Positions 25,149 to 33,004 of a DNA stretch of 33,004 bases are shown here, piece by piece. The first letter of the stretch is position 1. Every line of letters begins with the position of its first letter. The notes beneath the pieces are model-generated. The model ran no database searches, was not told the DNA's origin, and worked only from the letters and a program-made list of their open reading frames with translations. A program made the position numbers and the translations under genes. The DNA lies in assembly GCA_001821475.1 (NCBI GenBank), contig MHMF01000002.1:1-33004 (forward strand), written 5' to 3'. The DNA is from Candidatus Nealsonbacteria bacterium RIFCSPLOWO2_01_FULL_38_120. GTDB lineage: Bacteria > Patescibacteriota > Minisyncoccia > Minisyncoccales > GWA2-38-27.

Positions 25149-26609
25149 TTAAAATAATGCTGGTTGGGTTTTATAAAATTGAGGGTGCACAAAATCTTTC
25201 AAAAAACTTTTTGCGTAGGATTTATATCCCCCGCGATAACTTTTTGAGACCGACTTAATATGTTCTTTCATTAAATTGGAATTCAGCGCTTCGCATAATT
25301 CACAAAGATTAATACCGTTTTTCGGTTTGACGCAATATCCTGCATAAAAACTGATTTTTTTGTTTTCAATTACATAAAAACGAGGGGCAATATTCATCGT
25401 GCTGGTTATAATTTTTTCCCCAAAACTGGTTTTTAACCCTTGATTTCTGCCAAAAGCATAAAATTCCTCATAATTTTTTCCTCCTCCCTTATCTCTCATT
25501 TCCAAAATATCGCGGTGATATAAAAAATACCTATATGCTTCTGGATATTTTTTTTGAAAAACATTTTTAGGTATTATTTTTTCATTTTTATATGGAAAAA
25601 TCAAAAAAAGATTTTGATTTTGTCCCTTATATGTTGACGCTTTAATAATTGGAACGCATATATTTTTTTCAATCTTAAAGTTATTAAAATAAAAATAATT
25701 CACATCGCTTTTTTCCGGCGAAAAAATATAAATATCGTCTTTGAGTGTGGCTATTCCATAATGAATGTCAGCCACTTCCTGAAGTGTGGAATATTTTTTA
25801 TTAAGTTTGACTATTTTATCTAAATATTTTTCGTCAAAAAATTCCCATCTTTCAGATCTCATGTATTGGATTGATATTTTCTTGTATTTAAGATTTTCAA
25901 AATCGCTCTTAAAATTTTCTGCGTATAAAAAATCGGTAGCATTCTCTTTCTGCAAAAATGTAATTGCCGTATATGCGGTAGCGTTTTTAAAAATCTGGAA
26001 ATGATCAAAATTTATTATTTTTATTAAATGAGTGGATAATAAATTTCGCAAATTTTTCCCAGCGGCTGAATAAAAATGAGAGTTAGGGGTGATGAAAGCA
26101 ATTTTACCATTTTCGCTTAATAATTTTAATGCTTGCTCAAAAAAACAAAAATACAAATCGATAGAGCCACTGGAGGCGGTAATATAACTTTTTTGTAGCT
26201 GTCCTTTTCTGCTGTTTAAATTTTGTATACGAACATAAGGGGGGTTACCGATTATAAAATCAAATTTTTCACTAAAGTTATGAAAACAAAAATCATCCGT
26301 TATCGTATTGTATTTTGTAATTTTATTTTTTGATAATTTTTGCAAATTTTGTTTGGTCTTTTCCGTGTGTTCTTCCGATATATCAATGAAATAAATATTT
26401 TCCTCTACAACTTTATTTAATGGTTTGCCTGATAATTTTGAAAATTTCTCAGCCGCAACGATCGTAAAAATTCCCTCTCCGCAACCAGCGTCTAATATCT
26501 TTTCATCGCCCATTATTTTTTTACCATTTAGCGCCTCGCTAATCATAAAATCAACCACCCATTTAGGGGTAAAAACGATGCCGTTTTGTTTTTTAATCTC
26601 TGCGCTCAT
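25149..26609 (-). CDS. Gamma-class (Eco57I/TaqI-like) N6-adenine DNA methyltransferase with a C-terminal target-recognition domain
   Basis: Motif I is ILDAGCGEGIF. Motif IV is FIIGNPPYVRIQN. The order and spacing fit the gamma class. Confidence 0.88.
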   Translation of the reverse strand: MSAEIKKQNGIVFTPKWVVDFMISEALNGKKIMGDEKILDAGCGEGIFTIVAAEKFSKLSGKPLNKVVEENIYFIDISEEHTEKTKQNLQKLSKNKITKYNTITDDFCFHNFSEKFDFIIGNPPYVRIQNLNSRKGQLQKSYITASSGSIDLYFCFFEQALKLLSENGKIAFITPNSHFYSAAGKNLRNLLSTHLIKIINFDHFQIFKNATAYTAITFLQKENATDFLYAENFKSDFENLKYKKISIQYMRSERWEFFDEKYLDKIVKLNKKYSTLQEVADIHYGIATLKDDIYIFSPEKSDVNYFYFNNFKIEKNICVPIIKASTYKGQNQNLFLIFPYKNEKIIPKNVFQKKYPEAYRYFLYHRDILEMRDKGGGKNYEEFYAFGRNQGLKTSFGEKIITSTMNIAPRFYVIENKKISFYAGYCVKPKNGINLCELCEALNSNLMKEHIKSVSKSYRGGYKSYAKSFLKDFVHPQFYKTQPALF

Positions 26610-26618
26610 AACAACTAC

Positions 26619-26647
26619 ATTATATCATTTATTAAAGAATAATTCAA
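26619..26647 (-). promoter_or_regulatory. Strong promoter for the R-M cassette: TTGAAT, 17-nt spacer, TGaTATAAT, only 9 nt before the ATG (near-leaderless)
   Basis: On the minus strand the -35 is at 26647-26642, the -10 at 26624-26619, and the ATG at 26609-26607. The same layout is conserved upstream of the decayed copy (-10 at 27875-27880, -35 at 27898-27903, in plus-strand coordinates). Confidence 0.6.
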
Positions 26648-26678
26648 AAATCCGATACTCTTTAGAATATCGGATTTT
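26646..26678 (-). terminator. Hairpin flanked by an A-run and a T-run (bidirectional terminator type) downstream of the 151-aa gene
   Basis: AAAAATCCGATA...TATCGGATTTT. A paralogous, more perfect copy lies at 27902-27935. Confidence 0.6.
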
Positions 26679-26694
26679 CAATTATTGGAACTAT

Positions 26695-27150
26695 TTACTT
26701 TATTCCTTGTTGTCGCTCTTTTTCTTTTTTCTTCTTTTCCCGCCAGAATAACCAGAATAGAAAGAGTGAAATAATTATCGCCAGCAATAATATCCACCAC
26801 AAATTTTCTATTCTGAAAAAATTAACAGATTTATCTAAATTCTCAGGCACGTCGTTATCGGTTCCTGTCAAATTTGCGTCAGCGCTCGCTCCTGCTGTTA
26901 CTTCGGACCCCAAAACAGCCCCTCCGCTCGCCGCCTGTTCTTGGACGATGCCATCATTTGTAGCCGAATCCCCTTCCGGAAAATCAAAGATAAACTCCGT
27001 TATTGGAACTCCGTTTTCATCCACTCCCCCGTCATTCACCATCATCTCTTGTATCGCGCCGTCCGGCAAAACATCAACAGCAAAAACAACGCCGGCAAAA
27101 AATAAGCCCGCTCCCAAAACTGCAACAAATAATATTAAAATCTTTTTCAT
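26695..27150 (-). CDS. Small secreted or anchored protein: signal peptide, acidic Gly/Asp-rich middle, C-terminal TM helix and Lys-rich tail
   Basis: N-terminal signal peptide MKKILILFVAVLGAGLFFAGVVFA. C-terminal segment WWILLLAIIISLFLFWLFW followed by REKKKKEKERQ. Confidence 0.65.
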   Translation of the reverse strand: MKKILILFVAVLGAGLFFAGVVFAVDVLPDGAIQEMMVNDGGVDENGVPITEFIFDFPEGDSATNDGIVQEQAASGGAVLGSEVTAGASADANLTGTDNDVPENLDKSVNFFRIENLWWILLLAIIISLFLFWLFWREKKKKEKERQQGIK

Positions 27151-27566
27151 TTTATTTTTCCGGATTCATTATAATAGGGCATCTCTTCCGACAGAATTAA
27201 AATCTGAAAATACTCCTTATTGCTTGTTCTAATGTTAGCTGTCTCACCTAACATATTTTAAAAATAATTATTAAAATTATGCGAATAATTATTCATTACA
27301 AACTTTACCGCAATTCCCGCAATGTCATTTTCATTTTTTGAAATTAAAATATCAACAATCTTTTCCATATATCTTCCATCTACCTTTCCTTCTTTAGCAT
27401 TGCCTACGCCAAGCGATTTGATTTTATATTCCCGCCCCAATCTATTTTTAATATCATTTGCTATTGAGCCACGCAGTGTTATTAATTTCTTATTACTCCG
27501 CGGATGTGTTCGCAAAAACTTAATAAATGATTCTTTAATTGTCTGCAAAAATTGATGATTATCCAT
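27147..27566 (-). pseudogene. Decayed paralog of the 228-aa endonuclease, with an in-frame TAA at 27258-27260 and the 3' part missing
   Basis: It aligns by eye with the intact copy. Shared segments are MDN..., SNKKLI, IKSLG(I/V)G, NNYF, then a stop where the intact copy has Glu, then GETANI...PYY. Homology ends where the 151-aa gene starts. Confidence 0.75.
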
Positions 27567-27568
27567 AT

Positions 27569-27865
27569 TTTTTTAATTTTATCTTTTGATAATTTTTGCA
27601 AATTTCGTTTGGTCTTTTCTATGTATTCTTCTGATATATCTGCGGAATAGATATTTTCTTCTATAACTTTTTCTATTTTTTTACCTAATAACTTTGAAAG
27701 CTTTTCAGCGGCAATGGTGGCAAAAATTCCTTCGCCACAACCAGCGTCTAATATTTTTTCATCACCCATTATTTTTTTGCCATTTAACACTTCATCAATC
27801 ATAAAATCGGCCACCCATTCAGGGGTAAAAACGATGCCATTATGTTTTTTAATTTCTACGTTCAT
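27569..27865 (-). pseudogene. N-terminal fragment of about 99 codons of a paralog of the gamma-class methyltransferase; the catalytic NPPY region and TRD are deleted
   Basis: MNVEIKKHNGIVFTPEWVADFMIDEVLNGKKIMGDEKILDAGCGEGIF... compares with MSAEIKKQNGIVFTPKWVVDFMISEALNGKKIMGDEKILDAGCGEGIF... in the intact copy. Similarity stops after NLQKLSKDKI. That point lies directly upstream of the endonuclease-remnant ATG. Confidence 0.8.
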
Positions 27866-27901
27866 AATGACTATATTATATCATCCCTTAAAAAACATTT
27901 C

Positions 27902-27935
27902 AAAAATCCGATATCTTTTCAGATATCGGATTTTT
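27902..27935 (-). terminator. 15-bp perfect hairpin AAAAATCCGATATCT/AGATATCGGATTTTT downstream of the cohesin-like gene; paralog of 26646-26678
   Basis: Read directly from the sequence. An A-run and a T-run form part of the stem and flanks. Confidence 0.6.
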
Positions 27936-27968
27936 GATCACAAAAACTTTTTTATTTGCTTTTTCATT

Positions 27969-28763
27969 TTACTGCTGAATTTTTTCTTTGCGAAATTTTT
28001 TGACAAAATAAATAACCACTGACGCAAAAATAATTAATATTATCGCCACTGATATAACCAACAGCCACGCTTTGCCTGTCCCGAAAGACAAAATATTCGC
28101 TACCGATGCCAATAGACCTGTTGAGTCGGTTCCTGTTTCAAAAACAACTGGAACGACAAGGTTAGATGTTTGCTCCTCTTCCGGCTGCGGAATCACTTGT
28201 TCCCCTGGATTTTCTTGTGTTGTTTGCGGCTGACTTTCCGCGACAGGTAGCTGGCTTTGCGGAGGAGTAACAAGGGTAGGAATAACAAGGGTAGGAGCAA
28301 CAGGAGCGGTAATCGTGTAATTCCCGCCTGTGGAAATGTTAGAAATGGAAACCCCTTCGCCCACAATATCAAGATCTGAAAAAATAGCGCTCGCGCCGCC
28401 AGAATTAGCCGCTTTCACGGTGATCGTGAAAAGATTTTTAACGGCTGAATTGCAACCCTGAATGCCCAATAAAAAAGCTGGATTGGCGCAGGTCGGAGAT
28501 GTTTGAACGCTCAAACCGTCTGACACCGCAATACTCTGGCAGGACAAATTATTTAAGCTTATTTTTCCCTCAACAACGCAAACTTTTTGTCCGGCGCCAT
28601 CAACCCTCGTTGATAAATCAAAACTCTGCCCAATTTCTTTTTCTAAATTAGCTGGCGAAATAAAAACCGACGGGCTGGCGGCAACCGCAAAATTAGCGGC
28701 TGTTATAAATGAAACATATACGACTGACACTAAAATTTTTCTATTTTTAAGCATATTTCCCAT
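27969..28763 (-). CDS. Cohesin-like domain protein with signal peptide, Pro/Gln-rich linker and C-terminal TM anchor
   Basis: The signal or anchor is ILVSVVYVSFITAANFAVAA. A beta-rich domain of about 140 aa (ISPANLEKEIGQSFDLSTRVDGAGQKVCVVEGKISL...FTITVKAANSGGASAIFSD...GGNYTI) follows the cohesin-like pattern. The linker is PPQSQLPVAESQPQTTQENPGEQ. The TM helix is followed by KKFRKEK. Confidence 0.65.
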   Translation of the reverse strand: MGNMLKNRKILVSVVYVSFITAANFAVAASPSVFISPANLEKEIGQSFDLSTRVDGAGQKVCVVEGKISLNNLSCQSIAVSDGLSVQTSPTCANPAFLLGIQGCNSAVKNLFTITVKAANSGGASAIFSDLDIVGEGVSISNISTGGNYTITAPVAPTLVIPTLVTPPQSQLPVAESQPQTTQENPGEQVIPQPEEEQTSNLVVPVVFETGTDSTGLLASVANILSFGTGKAWLLVISVAIILIIFASVVIYFVKKFRKEKIQQ

Positions 28764-28792
28764 ACTATTTTCTTACTTGAATTATTAAATTT

Positions 28793-29866
28793 TTACAACG
28801 ACCAATACAACATCAATAAAGCGAAATCGTATTTATCAACTTTTCCATCGCCGTTAAAATCGCAGACATTGGTTCCTGTTTTACCCCAATTAGACATCAA
28901 CAAAGAAAAATCGTATTTATCAATTTTGCTGTCTTTATTGGTGTCAACTTTTTGCGCGGTGGCGCTCAATGTCGTTGAGGGCGTTGAACCTGAAACAGCG
29001 GCTGAACCTGAACCAGAACTTGGTGGTGGATTTATCCCGTCTCCGCTAATGCTACTTCCCCCTGACGACGGAACTGACGCCATAAACCCAAATATCGCAT
29101 ACGGAGTATTTGCGGACGCAATTGAGAATGTTAATGTATTCGCGGTTGTGTCTTTCGTGAAAGGAGTAACTACTTCCCATGCCGATCCGTTATATTTATA
29201 TGGCTTCACAGCGCTCTCATCAATTCCAGTATCGTCATATTTCATGGTCGCGGTGATTGATAACCCTGTTCCATTAATTTTAATTTCATACGCATTCAAT
29301 ACTTTTCCGCCAGCAATCACCGCAGCCGCGCCCGTAAAAAAACTTGAATCCAGTTTATGCACATCGGCTATTGTCGCCATCGTAATCGCGCCAACAGATA
29401 CATTTACGGTTAATAAATCACCCATATTTATAAGCATCGGTGATGTCGGCGTGATTATCGCTTCCTGCTGAGTGATTGCCTCGCCTTCGGACTTCGTAAT
29501 CACGCCAACAGATCCAGGAACTATTAAATTAAGTTGCGTAGAGTTGCCGTTCGCAAAAATCGCTGTTTCGTTTGCCTTAATGCCGGAAACATAAAATTCA
29601 ATTGTTTTTCCGGCATTTGTGTTTTGACTATCGGTCACGAAAAGCAAATTTGGATTATAACCATAGCTTCCACCCGCTGTTACTGAACCGCCAACTACGA
29701 CACCGTTAATCTTTGCCTGAATCGACAATCCATTAGGAATCGCGCCGCTCGCAAATTGCGCTGCGCCAAAAAACTGGTGCGGAATACCGGGACTTTGAGC
29801 AAAAACAATAACAGGGAGACATAAAGACGCCGCCATAGTTATTATTTTAAGTAACATTGTTTTCAT
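28793..29866 (-). CDS. Secreted protein with a C-terminal dockerin-like module
   Basis: Signal peptide ending VFAQSP. A Ser/Gly linker follows. Two EF-hand-like dockerin repeats are present: DTNKDSKIDKYDFSLLMSNW and DFNGDGKVDKYDFALLMLYW. Confidence 0.75.
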   Translation of the reverse strand: MKTMLLKIITMAASLCLPVIVFAQSPGIPHQFFGAAQFASGAIPNGLSIQAKINGVVVGGSVTAGGSYGYNPNLLFVTDSQNTNAGKTIEFYVSGIKANETAIFANGNSTQLNLIVPGSVGVITKSEGEAITQQEAIITPTSPMLINMGDLLTVNVSVGAITMATIADVHKLDSSFFTGAAAVIAGGKVLNAYEIKINGTGLSITATMKYDDTGIDESAVKPYKYNGSAWEVVTPFTKDTTANTLTFSIASANTPYAIFGFMASVPSSGGSSISGDGINPPPSSGSGSAAVSGSTPSTTLSATAQKVDTNKDSKIDKYDFSLLMSNWGKTGTNVCDFNGDGKVDKYDFALLMLYWSL

Positions 29867-29892
29867 ATCAATTTACCAATATATTATTCCTT

Positions 29893-32800
29893 TTAATTGC
29901 TCGGAGTGTAAATTTTATCGCTCGTAAGTGAAATCCAAAAAGCATCGCCAGGATTGATTGCTGTCACAGAATTAAAAATACCTGTCGTGTTATTGAATCC
30001 CCAAAGACCGCTCCATGATTGCAAGCTCGCAAACGCTTTCGCGGGTGTGCTGTTGGACTCGCCTGGAAGCTGATAATAACCGACAAGATTCCAACCTGCT
30101 TCAAGCGAACGAGATGGCGGCAATGTGTGACCGGCGATAAGAAGTGTTCCCGAACCAGAAAGATTTGCGTTGCCAGTCACGCTAATCCAATAGCCAAGTC
30201 CGGCGGTCATCATATCAAGATTGCTTGTATTCGGGGCGCCCGTGTATACCAACCAACCATTAATCGCATTCGGAGCAGTCGGGTCATAAGTCCATACCGC
30301 GTCAATGTTATTAGCCGCGCCGCCGAGCACCTCATCAATAGCCGTACTAGTTGGAATAACTGGCAGAGAAATCAAATTCCAGCCGCCTGAATTAGTATTC
30401 AAAGCGATAGAATAAGTAGTCGCGGTAGTGAATTTAATATTGCCGTATTCCGGTAAAACATTGCCAGCAAGATCGGCAACGCCCGAAAGTGTTATAGTAT
30501 ATGTCGTATTATTAGAAAGCGAACTATTGGGCGTAATTGTCGCCACGGTTGTTCCTGAGTTGGTTATAGCAAATCCGCTGGAAATCGTCGGGCTAAATAA
30601 AACATCGCCGCTTTCTACATTAACTGCTTCGCTAAAAGTGACCACGATTTGCGTAGTCGGGCTGATATTTAACGCATTAAGCGAAGGCGTATGAGAAGAA
30701 ACCGACGGAACAGCGGTATCAATCGTCCACGAATAAGAAATCGCGTTCGCCTCTAATTGTAAATTTCCGGCCACATCGCGACCAATGACGGAAATCGTAT
30801 GCGCTCCCCCAGACAAACCAGACAAGACAATGTGCGTAGCCACAGCTGTCTCCGAATTATACAAACCTGTGTCAATTTTGTATTGATAATGCGTCACATC
30901 CGTTCCGCCAACAGTAATGTCGGTTGTCGTTTGATTAGTCAAGCTATTTGGCGTATTAGTTAAAGTCGCTGTCGGAGCTTGAGTATCAACGGTCCAAGTC
31001 AAAGTTGCCGTTCCGGGTTCCGCTTGCCAATTTCCAGCGACATCGCGACCGATGACAAATAAAGTGTGCTGACTTTCCCCTAATCCGCTAAGTATTATAT
31101 GGGTTGCAATCGGAATTTCTATCCCGTAAGATCCGCCATCAAGTTTGTACTGGTAATGTGTTACATCCGTACCGCCAACTGTGATATCTACTGAATTTGA
31201 ATTCGTGGGAGAAACAGGCTGACCGGAAATTGCAGCGGTCGGGGCAACTGTGTCAGTATAGGCCGCTTTTGTCGCTTCGTTGGTGGGATCAACACTGGTA
31301 GCAGGGTTGCCAGCCACATCAGCGCCTGTGATGGAAATATTTTCCAAAATACCGCCAACTGCCGCGGTATCAAAAGCAATAAGACGAGCGTAACGGTAAT
31401 CATTGCCGCTTATAAAAACAGTAGCGCTATCAGTTACATCGTTAGCCGTCCCTTCGGCGTCAATAAAAATTGTCGGCGTGGAATTCAACGGTTCGCTTGA
31501 AGTAATTTTTATATAATAAGTTCCTTGCTTTAATCTTTTATTATCTGCCAGTGAAGCGGTCAACCCCTCATCGGAATAATACTGCATCGTAAAACTGGGA
31601 ACAGTGGCGTCTTGAGTGTAAGAAATTGCATTTGATTCCACGCTGAAATTTCCTACCGCGTCGCTAGCTTTAACGGTTGCAACTTTTGCGCTGGAATAAT
31701 CTGTATCAGAAACAATCCCAGCGCCAAAAGCTCGCAAATCCTCATTAGTAAAAATGAATGTCCCGTTTGTTGCCACTTTAGTTACGGTAGACGCTAAATT
31801 ATTAACATAAATTTCTACGATTGATCCTGCTTCTGCCGCGCCTGATAATGTTTGGGTGGATTTATTGGCGACATTTATAACGACTGGGCTTGAAGCTGGT
31901 ATTGTAATAATTGGGGCGTTTGGCGGAGTAGCATCTTTTGTCGCGGTATCAATTCCCGTAGAGCCAGTATTTCCAGCCACATCGGTTAAAGTAACAGAAA
32001 CAGTCAATAAGCCATCTGCAAATCCAGACACATCAATTCCAGATACAGTTAAATCCCCGCCAGTTAGCGCTCCAGAGCCAGCAATCGGTGATCCTGGGGT
32101 TGCATCGTCAATAGAATAGTTGTAAGTAGTTCCCGCTTCGCCGGTAATATGAAGAGTTGCTGCTGTTTTATTCGCATTATTTATAGGGTCAAGAAGGGTA
32201 ACTGTTGTTGGCGCGCTTGGTGTATCAGCGTCAATAGTTTTTTGAATATCTATTCCACTTCCAGCCGCGCTCGGATTTCCCACTGCATCAGTAATAACTA
32301 CGCCAGAAATTTGCAAAGGAGAAGTCTGGTGGGCATTGCCTTCAGCAATAGTGTAGGTTGCGGTATATGTCCCTCCTCCATTTGCTGTATTCCAAAAAAG
32401 AACAACGCCGTTGTAAGAACCAACAACTGAAGCGCCAACTTCAGCGGAACCGGGAGTCAAAGTGAAAATAATAGAATTTCCTACTTTCAACCAACCCACT
32501 CCAGTAGCATTGGAAGTGATTGATATAATGGTGGGCAACGCAGTATCTTGCGCAGCTGTTGGATCTGTGTCAGCGCCGCTTACATTTCCTGCCGCGTCAG
32601 TGGCAATTACGGAAGGAGTAATAGTGCCATCAGTAAGAGTTGTGCCATCTATTGTAATTGAGTAAGCGCCGCCAGTGGCTACGCCAGAATTACTGACAGT
32701 ATGAATAGCATCGCTTAAAGATACATTAATTATACTGCCAGATTCGGCTGTGCCCACAACTACAATTGCCGCTTTTTCCGCGATGTTAATTTTCTCATCG

Positions 32801-33004
32801 ACGGCAATATGGGCAATCACAGGAGCAGTTGGCGCAACCACATCTTTTTCTGCGATATCAGTTCCGTTAACAGCCGGATTGCCAGTGGTATCAGAGACAG
32901 AACAAGTTGCGGTAATATTTCCATCAGCCAAACCATTAAGCGCGCCAGAAGCGATAATCACCGCATTATCAGTAATCGCTCCAGTAACAGGTCCGACATT
33001 GCCG
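29893..33004 (-). CDS. Very large secreted Ig-like/SbsA-Ig repeat surface protein; the N-terminus lies beyond the window
   Basis: The frame stays open to base 33004. The track's M at 32961 is an internal GTG. The protein is Thr/Gly/Ala/Val-rich with a recurring D(V/A)AGN motif. An SbsA-Ig-like segment is HTPSLNALNISPTTQIVVTFSEAV...ADLAGN. Confidence 0.85.
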   Translation of the reverse strand, partial: GNVGPVTGAITDNAVIIASGALNGLADGNITATCSVSDTTGNPAVNGTDIAEKDVVAPTAPVIAHIAVDEKINIAEKAAIVVVGTAESGSIINVSLSDAIHTVSNSGVATGGAYSITIDGTTLTDGTITPSVIATDAAGNVSGADTDPTAAQDTALPTIISITSNATGVGWLKVGNSIIFTLTPGSAEVGASVVGSYNGVVLFWNTANGGGTYTATYTIAEGNAHQTSPLQISGVVITDAVGNPSAAGSGIDIQKTIDADTPSAPTTVTLLDPINNANKTAATLHITGEAGTTYNYSIDDATPGSPIAGSGALTGGDLTVSGIDVSGFADGLLTVSVTLTDVAGNTGSTGIDTATKDATPPNAPIITIPASSPVVINVANKSTQTLSGAAEAGSIVEIYVNNLASTVTKVATNGTFIFTNEDLRAFGAGIVSDTDYSSAKVATVKASDAVGNFSVESNAISYTQDATVPSFTMQYYSDEGLTASLADNKRLKQGTYYIKITSSEPLNSTPTIFIDAEGTANDVTDSATVFISGNDYRYARLIAFDTAAVGGILENISITGADVAGNPATSVDPTNEATKAAYTDTVAPTAAISGQPVSPTNSNSVDITVGGTDVTHYQYKLDGGSYGIEIPIATHIILSGLGESQHTLFVIGRDVAGNWQAEPGTATLTWTVDTQAPTATLTNTPNSLTNQTTTDITVGGTDVTHYQYKIDTGLYNSETAVATHIVLSGLSGGAHTISVIGRDVAGNLQLEANAISYSWTIDTAVPSVSSHTPSLNALNISPTTQIVVTFSEAVNVESGDVLFSPTISSGFAITNSGTTVATITPNSSLSNNTTYTITLSGVADLAGNVLPEYGNIKFTTATTYSIALNTNSGGWNLISLPVIPTSTAIDEVLGGAANNIDAVWTYDPTAPNAINGWLVYTGAPNTSNLDMMTAGLGYWISVTGNANLSGSGTLLIAGHTLPPSRSLEAGWNLVGYYQLPGESNSTPAKAFASLQSWSGLWGFNNTTGIFNSVTAINPGDAFWISLTSDKIYTPSN
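30712..31260 (-). repeat. Two tandem copies of a coding repeat of about 93 aa (279 nt) inside the surface protein
   Basis: Residues about 568-660 and about 658-750 share DITVGGTDVTHYQYK(L/I)D...ATHI(I/V)LSGL...VIGRDVAGN...W T(V/I)DT. Confidence 0.85.

Noticed and set aside
27482-27568. C-terminal 28 residues of the 127-aa ORF (…IWIIINFCRQLKNHLLSFCEHIRGVIRN) as a novel fusion peptide
   Set aside because: This tail is an out-of-frame reading of the start of the endonuclease remnant, created by the deletion. It is not evidence for a functional chimeric protein.
28869-32665. Plus-strand ORFs of 67-200 aa inside the surface-protein genes (28869-29471, 30019-30390, 30428-30694, 31856-32119, 32149-32430, 32462-32665) and the minus-strand ORF at 31188-31403
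   Set aside because: They are antisense or out-of-frame readings of long, repeat-rich, more GC-rich genes, where long spurious ORFs are expected.
1-33004. Alternative genetic code (UGA recoding, as in some candidate phyla)
   Set aside because: All long ORFs with recognisable motifs close properly under the standard code, and several end in TGA at sensible positions (for example 1550-1552). No recoding is needed.

Overview
AT-rich bacterial chromosomal segment. Gene style suggests a small-genome CPR/Patescibacteria-like organism, which is inference only. Standard genetic code fits all long ORFs.

Core genes:
- dnaG-rpoD pair and tRNA-Asn(GUU).
- Glycogen cluster: glgA, a GH57 enzyme and an APH-fold kinase.
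- Secreted surface proteins: a cohesin-like anchor, a dockerin-bearing protein, and a giant Ig-repeat protein that runs off the window.

Accessory content is unusually dense:
1. 63-6307: a translationally coupled two-gene operon. It encodes a 1585-aa nuclease-STAND/NACHT-like NTPase (Avs/bNACHT-like) plus an unrecognisable 496-aa partner.
2. 6316-10276: a restriction-modification (R-M) locus lying head-to-head with (1). Its first methyltransferase is fused to a complete, apparently autocleavable LexA-type repressor. A second D12 methyltransferase and a convergent PD-ExK endonuclease follow.
3. About 10.3-15.0 kb: a small integrative element with a SpoVG-like gene, HTH genes and a large serine recombinase. 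The recombinase ORF runs into the 3' half of tRNA-Asn. Two structured terminator or attenuator RNAs lie inside it.
4. 18237-19941: an R-M system upstream of dnaG whose endonuclease is split by a frameshift.
5. 24451-27935: an intact gamma-class R-M cassette next to a decayed paralogous copy. The duplication includes the terminator hairpin and a near-leaderless promoter.

Best candidates for something new are the STAND plus partner operon and the LexA-methyltransferase fusion, possibly wired together through their tiny shared control region. No CRISPR array or rRNA was seen. All homology statements come from motif recognition by eye, not from searches.
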